A DNA stretch of 64,000 nt from Balanoglossus misakiensis. Taxonomy: Eukaryota; Animalia; Hemichordata. Of this stretch, positions 15,301 to 28,200 are shown piece after piece (the stretch's first letter is position 1; each line of letters starts with the position of its first letter). The notes beneath the pieces were generated by a model that was not told the DNA's origin, did not search any database, and was given only the letters and a program-made list of their open reading frames with translations. The stretch lies in assembly GCA_040954595.2 (NCBI GenBank), contig CM082576.2, forward strand, positions 7,567,129 through 7,631,128, given 5' to 3'. The position numbers were made by a program, and so were the translations under genes.

Positions 15301-15309
15301 AACCTATGA
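3381..15309 (+). CDS. NUMB: Protein numb (PTB-domain endocytic adaptor, Notch antagonist); multi-exon
   Basis: Phase-consistent GT-AG exons: putative first coding exon 3381-3505, then 6821-7037 (internal ATG 6915, [29 protein letters not shown]), 8192-8266 ([20 protein letters not shown]), 9641-9715 ([14 protein letters not shown]), 11814-11954 ([15 protein letters not shown]...[13 protein letters not shown]), 12389-12596 ([20 protein letters not shown]), 12981-13199 (NumbF region, RQGSFRGFP...[19 protein letters not shown]), 13950-14258 and 14564-15309 (NPF/DPF motifs, C-terminus KTFEINL). The 3381 exon is less certain than the rest. Confidence 0.97.
7992..8084. mobile_element. Short non-autonomous piggyBac-like MITE (best-preserved copy), in a Numb intron
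   Basis: TTAA-CCCTTTCACC ... GGTGAAAGGG-TTAA: terminal inverted repeats beginning CCC and flanked by TTAA, the piggyBac signature. Related copies occur elsewhere in the window. Confidence 0.75.
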
Positions 15310-18300
15310 GAAGAGAGGGATCAAGAACCGGAAAAACAGGCTCGGTGCAATACGTCTTTTTTATACAGGAAAGAAGTGACAATTTTGTAATAACACTAGA
15401 CACTTTGTGATTGGACAATTCACAGATTCCAGCTCCATAAACGAGATGAAGTCATATTCTGCGATGGAAACTGCGGTCAAGATTACTGGTTGAAAATGAA
15501 ACTTAAAAGATGAGAACAGCGCAGTGTGAGAGGAGAGAGGATATTTTGTAACACCATCTTTATGAAAACAGCTGTTTTACATTTTATGGACCAATAATGT
15601 TTTATTAAAAGATGACAATATTTCCATGGTTACACACTGGAGGAACATATCATGAGAGGAACGGAAAAAGAAGAAAAACATGATTTACTCTGACTGGTTT
15701 TAGAACGTCTGGTGAAATTCTACAGAAAACGATCACCATGTAGAATACTTTTCAAAGAAACACTTTGCATGTTTTAATACAGGTTATTTCTAGATTTCTT
15801 TATTCATAGCACCGGGATGAAGATAGTTTGGCGTGAGAGAAAAAAATAATTTTGTGAGAAAGGGAGTTAAGCTTCTCGTGGTTTTGAGGTTCGAGTTTTG
15901 TTGGAAAATGGCTGCTGTGGCATGGTGTGATTTGTGGCAAACTGTTTTATGTTCCAGCAAGTGGCAGTTTGATCTGTCTGACTTGCAGGCTGGAGTCTTT
16001 TGTACCGTATCAGATCTCAGATATTATTGGATGCCAGTGTTGTACTCCATGGCAGCATCATCCTGGACGCCCAATCAGCATCCGTGTTTCATCCGAGCAA
16101 GTCACTTGAACCTCAGCACACAGCGCCACCGTGCAAGCAACCTGCCTGCCTTTCACATGTCAAGACTATTCCAATATGTCCGCCACGCCGCGACTCTGGT
16201 CTACAAGTTCAGGCTTAGCTAGACTTTGCGAAATTTTCAACTTGAATTTTTGAGGGGAAAAAATACACTAGTGAATGAGTGTGAATTTCTAAACTGAAAA
16301 TTGTGAGCCAGTACTCTAGGGACATTTAACCAAACAAATGACAAATTGAATGCCAACAGAATCCAAGCAAAGTTGGAGTTCTACCCAAACCAAGCCATCA
16401 AACAATAAAACCATGATATTCCTCACCCATAAATGAACCGGTGTAGAAATTCCTCAGCTAGAGACAGAATCCAAAGATTGTAAAAAAAAAAACAAAGTAA
16501 GGAGTTCCCATATGCTGTCTGTGTTTATGGTAACAAATGTAATGTTTACAACTACAGAGGGTGCTATTTGTAGAATTAGTTTGACTTTTAGCTTTTCTTT
16601 CTTCAATGAGGGTCATGTTGAGCAGAGATCATCACAAAATAATATAAAGAGTTTCAAAGCATGCCCAGGGGTTTTAGAAGCGGGACCTTGAGAGACAGTC
16701 GTACTGTGATCAGCTGTTGTATGGAATCTAGTGCAGCAACCAACGTCGTACATGTATTAAATTTCATAGAAGTTGTCTTTCTCGGCTATGACGAATACAC
16801 GTGTCATATTTCATAGACAAACACCTGTACTAGTATATTCCCCACCCCCGCATAATCACATGTAGGGGACAAATCTAAGAGTTGTACGTTCATGTCGTTA
16901 GATTTTACATGGTTTTTGAAATTTGATAGAGAAAAAAAATTGATCTGAATTGACACTGAAAATATTTAAAAATTTTAAGGAATGCCAATCTTTCCCCCAA
17001 TTGCAGACAAAAGAGATTTTTTTAGAAAAAAAATTGCTGCCTGAAATTGACTTAGCCTGTTCCTGTGTATGTCAGTTTCATGTCAATTTCATTTACTTTT
17101 TTTTTGTATGATTGAGGAGACAGCCGGTGTTATGGGAATTATTGTATGACTGACCAAGTATGAGTAAAACATTTTCTTTTTTTATAAATACACAATCACT
17201 TTTTGTGGAGTGAAAGTGACTGTGATAGTTTGTATCAATTGTGAAATTTTAGGCTAACTTGACATGGAAGTCAAATCTATTATACATAGCTGGTGTTTTC
17301 CAGTGGTTTGTCTCACAGTATTTTTAAGTTAACGGTATTTATTTTTAATCAGGATTGGGCCGTATTTGATCAACGGAAATAAGAAATCACTGGGTTGAAA
17401 CCAATTATTACAAAATTGCGCAAGACAGGCTGCAGGGCAGGCCTGTGGCATTGACCAGTGTTTAATGATGAATCAGAGATTTTGTAATCGCCGCCCGAGA
17501 CCGTAATTTGTAACAAAAAATGAAAACCCAGAAAGCAGATGATGTGTTATTCTTAAAAGTATACTTTTTTCAATATTGAAACAAAATCTTCTCGGAAATC
17601 GTCATTGTACATTGATTGTTGATGAAAAACATTTTTTCGCAGTTCACATAGTCTTATTGACGTGTAAGTTTTACAAATGTGGTACTAATTTTACTTCAGT
17701 TATATTTTTGGGGGAGTGGTGTTAGAGAGAGAGGGATGGAACTACAGGTCTAAAAGTGTATATTCTCATATTCCATCCCAACATTTACCCAATTTTTGTG
17801 TTGACTTGCATAACAAAATGTAGTTGTCTACTTCCATGATCTTTCCAGGATTAACCCGCGATTCTTTCATCAACCCTGCATTATTTGACAAATAGGAATA
17901 GGTGGAGTGAATTTTAAAAATTTGATTACAACCAGTGTGTGAACAATCACAGAAGATGCCTTCCCCTGCCCCTTTTCCTCCTAAGAGCATTTATTATTTT
18001 AAAGGCTAATTCCACCAATCATGTATCTTGAGGTTAAATTTTGACAAATCGGAAATGATATTTTTTTCAACAATGTAGCATATAATGTGTCAATAACCTT
18101 TCATTTTCTCCCCTTTGGACTTGTAAGAAATAATAACCATAATAAAAATATCACATCTATAAAGAATCTGTTGGGTGTTGTTGCTTTTCCAAGCTCACTC
18201 GCGAAAGTGCCATTAAGGCAGGTTTTTAGATGCCCAATTTCCAAATCCCAAAGAAATGATTTCACCTGCCGTGTGATATCAACCAGCCGATTAAATTAAT

Positions 18301-19106
18301 CAGAATGAAAGAGTGATTTTCAAAAAGGTGACTCGGACATAGATGATATAGATGTAAGGAGAGGCCTGTTAACTTTCGACAGCTGAGCTGAATAGCGCCC
18401 CCTCGTGTCAGCAAATTATATCTGAAACCAAACTGTATAACATACTACATGTAGCATGCAGTATGTTATGTACATTAAAAAAAGGTTTTAAACATTTGTA
18501 TGCTAACTCAGAGATTTCAACCTGTTATATTACGATCAACCAACAGACAATGATTGGAATTGAGTTATGAAGGGAAAAAAATAATTTTTATTTCACATGA
18601 TTAGGATGGTGTGATGATACAAACCCTCGTGAAATGAACAAGAGACAAAAAAACACTTCAGAGGGAAATATAAGTGCAGCATTTTATAAAAGGCTACTGA
18701 TCTGATCGCCTGACCTACTATTACTAGGTAAAGTACAATACAGGGGCTTTGTGAAAGATTAAATTTCTTTTACTCAACGAAGCTATGGACACAGTCACAA
18801 CTGACTTGCAGAATTGTTCACATAAACAGATGAAATGAGCCTGTATTTAAGCACATTATCAACTTCCTTGGAGCATCACAGGGCACAGGCCTTGATGAAC
18901 CAGGTAACAGCTAGTCCAATAATTCTTCCTAAGAAAATATTACATGTATAAAATATCTATCTGTGCAGAACAACTGTTTTCTCATACAAGGAAGTTCTCC
19001 ATTGTGTGCACATGACATGATTTGGCACACAACAGTCCTGGCATCAGGAAAATCAAATGCCACATGTTGGGATGGTAATATAAAACAAACAACAAAAAAG
19101 TTCATG

Positions 19107-19203
19107 TCAACCCTTTTCACCCCCGCCATTTCCTTTTTAGAGATCCAACTTTACCACAGAAAACAATGGATTTGGACCAAACCATTGCAGGGGAAGGGTT
19201 TAT
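19107..19203. mobile_element. Diverged copy of the ~90-bp piggyBac-like MITE, in the NAA40 3' region
   Basis: AACCCTTTTCACCCCC...TCCAACTTTACCACAGAAAACAATGGATTTGGACCAAACCAT...GGGGAAGGGTT aligns by eye with 7992-8084. Confidence 0.65.
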
Positions 19204-19233
19204 AGGAGCTAAAAAATGTTTTTTAACATGATC

Positions 19234-21660
19234 TCAAGCTTTTGCACACGCCCCGTCAACTTTCACCTCAGAGGCTGCACTGTCTTTGGCGTCTTCCACT
19301 TTGCTTGGAGCTGCCGGCTTGTTGGGAACTCGGATTGATTTACTGAGGATTTCATAGTCATAGTCGTCTAGTGGATAAAGAGAACTTTGGTCTGTTTCAT
19401 CAACTTCATAGCTGTAAAAAAAAGGAAACAGAGTCAAGAAGGTGAAATTCAATACTGAAACCTGTACATCTCACATATTAATCTTAGCATGATTCCACTG
19501 TGGTTAAAACATTTCAGAAGGATTCTTTAAACCAGAGTTATAGCAATTTAGAAAATGCATGTCATTTCAGAGCACCATTATTCAGATTATTACCTGGAAC
19601 AAACTTCAAATACATTATCTACCACTATAGTTGACACACTGTAAACAATACTTACTTGAGAACTTTCTTGAAGAATTCTGTGCTAGCTGTGTTATTTTTA
19701 AAGACTGTTAACATTACTTTCTTCATTAATGTCCTGTGAGAATAGGGAAAGTACATGATGTTGTCATTTCTCCATTGATCATCCCCATCACATTATTCAA
19801 CTCTTTGCACACTTGCTTGTCGCATTTATCATTTCATTGTGGTTATTTTTTGATAGTCTGCCTCCCACCATACTTACTTGTAAGCTATAAGTCCCAGAAT
19901 CTGCATCAGAAACTTGCCAAGTCCTTTCCTCTGTACCTCCGAATTTAGTTGAATTTCGTAACTGTCATTGAATGAAAAAAGTAACCATGTTAATGTGGCA
20001 CGTTGCCAAATCTAAATATCTAAGTGAGAGCATCATGATATTACAAGTAAATATTAATATCAGACTCCAGATTTCAAACTTTTACACACTGGAAGGCACA
20101 GAAAATGATTCACACATATTAATGTATTTGTAAAACAAAGAATTTTTGTGTTAAAATCATAATCTTACCAATACAAGACTTCGTCGTCATAATCAATATC
20201 AAATCTCATATGTACAAATGCTACAGGTCGCTGTTCTTGGTCCCTAGCAACCACGTACCACGCCCTGTCATCGGTCAACTCATCCTTCTTGTCTCTGTCT
20301 TTCCATCCCCAACTACTGGCCTCATACCTATGTGAGGATTGCAAAGCATTCAGTATATGGATAATACATGGTATGTTCATGGTGATCTGGGAAACGGCTG
20401 CTCTTGATGTCACATTCCTGCCCTAGTCACACTTGTCTCCAAGTGTGTGCTGAGATGGGTGTTTGTACTGGTGTGTGTGTTTGTGTGACAACTTCATAAG
20501 GCCCACTTATTTCACATAATACTTACAGATCCTGCATGTTAGCTTTGGTTAGATTGAAAGCCCAGTCAATGGTGTCCTTGTCAAGTTCCGTCACTCGAAT
20601 ACATTCTATTGTCAGGTTCAACCTGCAAATAAGTACAATCAATCTACTGTGATTTTACAATCAAATTAAAATATGCCTTAAAACTTGAAAACAGACAAAA
20701 CAGGGGGCATCTTCAAATCAGTGTAATTCAACCATCAAAAAATAAAGGGAATCTACTCTCAACTCATGCACTATGTCCATCTAATCTGGGATAGAAAATA
20801 GTTCTTGGAAGCTGGTTTTCCTTCTCAGAATTTTCACACACACACACAACTTACCCATTTCTGTCATATTTCTTTAAACGTGCTAAACTCTCCATGGGAT
20901 CTTCCAAGCCATTGGCAAGATCTACAATGGCCTGGCTAGCTGCCAGTTTGGCCTTTTCCTGCAGGCAAACAAGAACCACTTTGGCATCTCATTCATCCAA
21001 TACACAACAGATTACAGGCAAAATTGTTTGTAGGTTTCATAATTTATCCAAGAGTACGGGATACACTGCTCTGCTCTGAAATCAATCTAAGACTATCTTT
21101 TCCAAAATTTCTAATTTGAAGCATGGTCACTCAACATCTGGTTTCCACAATCTAAAATGAATTAAGAAATTTTAAAATTATCAAATACCTCTTTTCTTCT
21201 CAACTTCTTCTCTTTGCCCTTGGCTGATTTGCGCTGAAAACAAAACACAAAACTTTCACTGATCAGGATATATAAACAGCACTTTTCATTATGATTGTGT
21301 GTGGAGTACACCCGCAGTGGTCGACCAGAAAACAAGCGAGTGTGGACATAAACATTGTAACGTGTGTACTCCGAACAATCTACTGTGTCCAGTCTAGGGG
21401 ATGTTACTGCGGGTGTCATACTAGTAGTACATTACTAGTGAAACCCTATGGGTACTGCATGTACTGATGTTGGATCTACATCTCCACGGCCACTGACTGT
21501 ATTGTGATGCAACCATATGCAACTAACAAACATGACCCAGTTCAGATCACGATGACCAGAACATATGTCACCAGAAGTTCAAAGTTCATTTTAATTAACG
21601 CTCGCTATCCATTTCACCACGAAAACCGGAACAAGTAGCTGAACAGATACTTACCCCCAT
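19234..21660 (-). CDS. NAA40: N-alpha-acetyltransferase 40 (NatD, histone H4/H2A N-terminal acetyltransferase)
   Basis: Exons 21660-21655 (MG), 21233-21189 ([15 protein letters not shown]), 20958-20855, 20622-20527 ([13 protein letters not shown]), 20327-20169 ([24 protein letters not shown]...[13 protein letters not shown]), 19961-19878 ([26 protein letters not shown] acetyl-CoA motif), 19733-19656 ([11 protein letters not shown]) and 19411-19234 (DYEILSK). Confidence 0.96.
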
Positions 21661-22387
21661 AGTTAAGTGTTAAGATGCTGATTGAACTGAGATCGAAAAG
21701 CAAGGTTGACAGTACCAGGCAGCACATGTACCAGTACATACAGAAAGAAACTTCAGAAAATGGCGCGGAGGTTTAGTTAGTTTGAAATTTCGTTTCGCCA
21801 ATAAATTTCGGTAAGGTTAGGAAGAGGGCGCTTGTCTTTTCGTGTCGTTTTTGTTGAGTGTACTTTCAATGAATACAAGTCATGTTTACAATGTAAAGTG
21901 ACCAACGAAATTTATATAAAAAAACACGAAATCGCTGAATTTTATCTTCCAGTCTTCCCAAAAAATTATCGCAGTGAAATCATACCAAAAAAGTGTGCTG
22001 GCTCCAATTTATCCACAAGAGAAAAGTTTATAAAAGTTAAAAGAATATAGGAAATGTTACCAAATCAGGGAAATTGTGAACAGACTGTATCACAAACAGT
22101 GATACTTTTGTGTCATTGACTGTTTCGCAAGTTGAACGGTAAACACAAATAACAACACCGTTTACACAACAAACGACGCGGTAAGAACATCATGAGAACG
22201 CGGTATCCATGCCAACATAGCATGTGACTTTAATGTTCTATTTGTGACAACAAGAGATTCCAAACTTTCTGTGAGTGACAGACAGACGTGCCTCCTTGCA
22301 GTATCGAGAGAAACTGAGAATTGTTGCGAACTTTCCGCTTGCTCGAATTTTTCCAAGGCTTGCATCTTACATCTTGGTTGTTCAACA

Positions 22388-23098
22388 ATGGACAGATGTT
22401 CCGAGATCTCCTTGGACGTGATGGAGGATGGCGCTGACTACACTCACGCTCTGGCAGAAACAGAGCCAATGGCTTCTCGCACTTCGAAACAGAAGCGTAG
22501 TAACCCGATGAAGTTCCTGAGAAGACTGTTCCCGTGCTGTGGATCCAAAAGAATGGACGACGAGCACGATGATTCAGTTGCCATGGAATCGTCACGCCAT
22601 CATCCTAGCGATGCGAGGGACTCCACGGACACAAGTTTGACGGGTGAGAAAAGTGGTGTCGAGAAGTGTTGGATAGACTGGAACGAAGATAGCGAAAGCA
22701 GTGATGGGGAAGAGCGGAAAGAGAACGGAAAGCGAAGTCGGAAAAGCTCGTTCTGTCGCCGTATGCTGTCCTTGTTCAGACGGAAAAGACACGGCACGGC
22801 GGACGAGGAATCCAAAAAGTGGGAAGCCCTGCAGAGAGAAGTTTCTGAAAACATCGCCTTCTACCAGGAGTTGATCAAAGAGGAAGAAGCATCACTAGCA
22901 CTAAACCGTCCGCTCTTTGAAGTGCATAGCATTGGCGGCGCTGTAGGCTGCCCAGAACTGAACAGAATCGGAATGTACATGAAAAAGATAGAGCTGGAAA
23001 AGATGAAACTCAGACGAGTGGAAGAAGTGGTGCCGGAGACAACGACACCAGCGTATGTGCCACCCTCTATCTTTGGTTCTTCCAGAAGACAAATTTAA
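22388..23098 (+). CDS. Intronless hypothetical protein (~236 aa), no recognisable family
   Basis: Uninterrupted ORF (stop-free frame from 22244, first ATG in good context ACAATGG at 22388). It is GC/purine-richer than the AT-rich flanks, is followed by an AT-rich 3'UTR-like tract, and lies head-to-head with NAA40. Confidence 0.65.
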   Translation: MDRCSEISLDVMEDGADYTHALAETEPMASRTSKQKRSNPMKFLRRLFPCCGSKRMDDEHDDSVAMESSRHHPSDARDSTDTSLTGEKSGVEKCWIDWNEDSESSDGEERKENGKRSRKSSFCRRMLSLFRRKRHGTADEESKKWEALQREVSENIAFYQELIKEEEASLALNRPLFEVHSIGGAVGCPELNRIGMYMKKIELEKMKLRRVEEVVPETTTPAYVPPSIFGSSRRQI

Positions 23099-25239
23099 AA
23101 CTGACATGCAACTTTAATAGAAGAATGTCTGACGTGATGGCGATGCCTTTTATAGACAATATTTGATTGAAGACAATAGCCAGTATTGTGAAATTTCTTA
23201 CCATATATACACTTCATATATACTCATACTTTTTTATTTATAACCATTTATAACTTGGTTTATTATTTACAGAAGTATATCATTATTTATCCCATATTTA
23301 TTCTTGTCATATGAATTAAATTTTACTGTAGTTACGATTTCTGTTATTTTTTCTTCAAAAACTATAACAGTACTTGGTGATCAGTTGAACATCAGTGAAA
23401 GAAATACCTGATAATTTATATTTGAAACACGAGTCTCGAGATATTAATTAATGAAGAGAAAAAAAAGAAATCCACAAGCCTTGCTTTCCCAATCCACAAA
23501 ATCAAATTTATTCATACATATGCCACGTTTTATATTACAATCAAATGAATGCCCAAAACTACTAATGAAAACAATCTCAAACCATACCTGAGAAAAATGC
23601 CCCCCCCCCCCCCCAACAAAACTAAACAAACAAATAAAACTTGTAATAGCTGCCTACAAGAACATAATAAAATACTTAAAATAATTAACTGGCTAATGCC
23701 AAAATATAATGTAAAAATACGGCTGTCTAGTTCAACTGTAGTGGAGTAAGGTGGTATCCTCGTTATTAAACTCTCATAATCATCTAGTTTCAGTTTTTGT
23801 CTCTCACAGCAGCTGCGCAGTCTGCAAATATCAATGCCCTGTTCCCACAATGCAACAGGCAGTGGACCCCCAACAGTGCAAAGAAAAAACAAACATGACA
23901 TGACAGTAAAATGTACAAGAATTTGAAATGCTTAGTATTGGAACACATTTGATCACACCCTTAAGAAAACTAAAGGTATTCCAACCTGGACATCAACAAA
24001 TAAAATGGCAATGCCCAAAACCTTTCTTTTAAAACTGAAAGAAAAAAACCTCAAAGAAAACTACGTCACAAACTGCTCTACTACATACCACTAATTCAGC
24101 CAAAACTTAAAAATTATAGGTATACACACCATGTGGGTTATTGAAGATATATTTACATTTTGACCTCGGCTGACCTGCGACCTTTGCATGTCAAGGTCAC
24201 ACTCGGCCTTCACTTTTATTAAACACACAGGAGGAAAATTGGAACAAGGGCCCTGGAAAAAAACACTGGGCAATTTCCATTGAGAAAAATGCACAGTTAT
24301 GCATTGACATCGCAAGTGAGAAGTATGATTAGGGTACCATCGAAAGGTGAAGGCATCACCACTCAGAAAATACTTAGCTTTAGGTTTCCATGGCAATGTT
24401 CTTTTCTCCGAAATCTTCGAAACCAAGTAAATGACAATATTTTTTTTTAACGAATACCCGTACACCCTTACTGGTATTTCAGGAGATTTTGACGAATAAA
24501 CCAACTTGGCAGTGGATAGGATGAAAGGTGTTTAATCACACTAATGCCACATGATATTTATAGAAATTTGAACAAATTTGAACACTGTCCACGATTTTGA
24601 ACATGCAGGGAAAGCTGATGAGCTCTCAGAAAAATTGTATTTCGCGTATTCATGCGGTCCATTTAAGATTTACATATTAACAAGAATAGAGGTGTACGTA
24701 TGGCATACAATCCAAAATATTCACACTATTATTTTAATAACTGGTTAATTAATTAATTACTTAAATGCCCATGCTCTGCTTTGACTTTTCTGTAGTCTAT
24801 CATTTTCGGTCCCAATAATAATGCCGCTATAAGATTCTTCTATTTAGTCTATACATGGAAACCGGTAAGATTTTATGACCGATTTCATTGATAAGCTTGA
24901 TACTTTTTGTTAAAAAGGTGTGTATAATTTCAAAAATGTCAATTTTGTCATCTCTCATCACTGGTGTAAAAAATGTACCACCTCCCCTCCGGTCATCCCA
25001 TTTGGTACTTCCCCCCACTGTGACCCCCTCCCCTCAACCCTCTTCTGCCACCCCCCTTTGCTACTTTCCCCCACTGTGAAAGAGTAATGGTATTTCTGGT
25101 GCTGGTAAATCCACTTAGATAAAAAGTAATCCGGAGTGTCTGTCTTCTGAATATCCAGACCATTCAAACTGTGATCCGGACGTGCATGGTGATATGCTTG
25201 GGACACATACAGACACTGGATCTGCCTCCCCGGATCAGC

Positions 25240-28200
25240 TCAGTACATCTGGATGATGGCGTCCCTGGATTTTCCCACTCCTATCCACTTGACTGGAATG
25301 AAGAGGGGGAAGAAAATAACTGAGTTGGCTGCAAATGTATATTGCAAGTCTTCTCAGCACAGAATTTTTTTTTTCTGTTTGGTAGGGGAAAGGTCAGGGT
25401 ACGCTATTGGTGTTGATATTAGTGATAGTGAACGTCAAAAATTAGGCCTACAATGCATATGAATTCATGAAATAATTATACATGAAATGTGTACACAACG
25501 CCTGTCCAAACATGCTGTAGCTAAAACTTGTGTACTCAAGTCTCAATCAATGAAAGCAATGACTTCAAACCGTGCATATTAATGTTATGGTGTAGGTGTA
25601 TTTTCTTTCCAATGTGAATTTCATGTTCGACGGCTACGAAAACAGGCCTTTGATTGTCGCACTTACTTGGAACTCCCAGCAGCTCTTCAACTTTCCGGAT
25701 GTAATTCTGAGCATTGGGAGGAAGATCGGAGAAATTTCGCACTTTTTCCGTGCTGGTCTGCCAACCTGGAAGTGTGATATACTGGACCTCCAGTCCCTTG
25801 ACGATCTCAGGGTCAGCTGTGACAAGAAAAATAACACAAACAAAATTACAAGGTCGTTCACCTATAATTGCTATTGGATACATAACTCAGACACTTAGGG
25901 TCTGGGTGATTAAAAGTTTGGGTTGTTTTTTTTATAAGTCAAAATCAAACTATAAAAGAAAATTAGATGAACAATGGTTTAAAATGTTTAGCATGAAACT
26001 AAACAAGAAGAGATAATTTTTATTTCCGTAACTAACCTGGGAAAGATGACAATGTTTTGCCTTTGTACTTGTAGGCATAACCAATTTTCACTTCTTCCAA
26101 TGTATCCATGACATCCAACTTTGTCATACAAAGTCTAGATAAAGTATGCAAATGGTATAGCATGAATCATTGATAAAAAAAACCCAGCCAGGATGGGTTC
26201 AAAGGTCACACAGGGGTCAAACAATCAACAAAGCCCACACTTACGCTGAGTATCCATTCAACATGTGGGAATACTTCAGCACCATGGTGTCCAACCAACC
26301 ACATCGACGTCGACGTTTCGTCGTTGCCCCAAACTCTGCTCCTCTCCCCTGCAGTAGGTCTCCGATGTGCTGCAGGGGTAGAAGAAAAGAAGTTTAGAAA
26401 GCTCATCATGTTATATCAGAGCGAGGGTGCCACAAATATATTATCGTGATTGGATGAGAACCTGTTTTCATTAATGCAAGCCAGGATTAAATTAAGCATC
26501 ATCCCCATACTTCGTTAAAATTCCAGAAACATAGTTCTATTTTGCCGATGAAGATGACACATCCATAGTATGTGAACGACAGAACCAAAAAACTTACATT
26601 GTCTTGCTCAGTCGGCAAGTGGCCTTCTCCCACTCTGGTGGTGTACGCTTTGAAAACACCGATCACATCTCCGACTTTCCGGGGCGGAATTCCCAGACCC
26701 GTACAGACGCCGCCAATGGAACAACTGGAGGACGTCACATACGGATATGTCCCTGTGTTGCGTAGACGGGAAATAAACAGATGGGTTTTTACTGGATGTT
26801 ATCTGAGAGTTGTTGACCATCTGTGCAGTAGAAGGTTGGCGCAAAGTAAAGGGCAACGTCGTGTCTGCTTTTGGTGTTACTACGGTTATTTTTAAAGCGA
26901 GTTATTTCTGTCCTTCATCTCTCACAGAAATGCACTATATTATTTGTATTGATAGTTTTTTTTCAAGAAAGAGTGAGAAATGAGTCAAATATTATGTCTA
27001 AATGGAGTTTCTAAGTTGGGACAGCCCGGTCCTTGAGAAAAGCAAACAAACACTTGAGGCTGAAGTTTATTTTGCAATAAATTCAGTAGGCCTGCCATTT
27101 TCTTGTATCCCTCCTGAATTTGAAATGACAGCTCTACATCATCATTAGACTTTGATCAAAATTAGATAACAACCAATTTGCATGGCTTCTGACTGTTGTA
27201 TAAACCGTTCAGCTGATCACTGTCTAGCCAACTGTCATTCTAAAACAACATTTTTTTAAACACTTTCACACGGATAGAATATATGTGGTCATGCAGGAAT
27301 CATAGTCGGTTGACATGTACGACCGATATGAGTAGGGGCGGTACTTACCGAAATCAATATCCAACATGGTGGCGTTGGCACCTTCAACCATGATTTTCTT
27401 AGACGGGTCATTGAGGGCTTCGTATAAATAGTGGACTGTATCTCTCACCAGTGGCCGTATCGTCTCTGCATACACCTGGGAGAAAAAAATACAATAAATT
27501 TTACTTTCACAACAATACCTCCAGGAGAGTTGGACAATCTTTACGAGCTGATCACAATGAAGTCACCTTGATAACAGGCCATGTGATAAATCTGTATGAG
27601 CATTCAGACGTAGAGGCGTGGCAGCGTTGGTTTTGATATCTGATGATCACAAAGGCTTTTTAAAGAGACAAAATGAAAACATTTCTCGGAACAATAGACG
27701 GCCTGTTTTGGGTACAATGACAATACTGTGTAGACTTGAAACCAAAACTTTGACCCAGCAAGACTTTGGCAAACCTATCTTCATGTGTGAGAGCAAATAC
27801 AAAACTCCAAAACTGCACCACTTACTTTATATTTGCTCAACTCCTTGTTCACATCCACGTCAAGTTCGGGAAACAATTTTTGGTACATCTTGATCAAATT
27901 TTTCAACCTGTACAGTACAAATATTAAAATGTTTTAGGTACATTTTCAATTTTACAAATATTATCCATGCGCTGGCTTTTCTGACAATTTCAATCAGTTC
28001 AACCAGCATTATAAACTCGCTTTTACTGTCAAATGGTCCCAGTTCAAAAGAGGAAGACTTACTTCGTAGAGAACACTTCAAAGTCTCCCAATAAATCACA
28101 TATCCTAATCCCGCTTCTGCTGGCTTTGTTGGAATAGGTGGGGCCTATACCTTTCTTGGTGGTTCCAATACTGCAAAGGAAAGCAAACGTTTTCCATCAT

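Noticed and set aside
14477-15302. Antisense ORFs of 107, 190 and 88 aa over the Numb last exon
   Set aside because: Shadows of a GC-rich coding exon, with no independent motif or splice support.
15833-16222. 129-aa ORF downstream of the Numb stop
   Set aside because: GTG start, no homology cues, and it lies in the probable 3'UTR.
15310-18150. Musashi-type (G/A)U1-3AGU motifs in the long Numb 3'UTR
   Set aside because: A few are present (e.g. near 15824, 16575 and 17225), but the motif is too short to exceed chance in AT-rich sequence.
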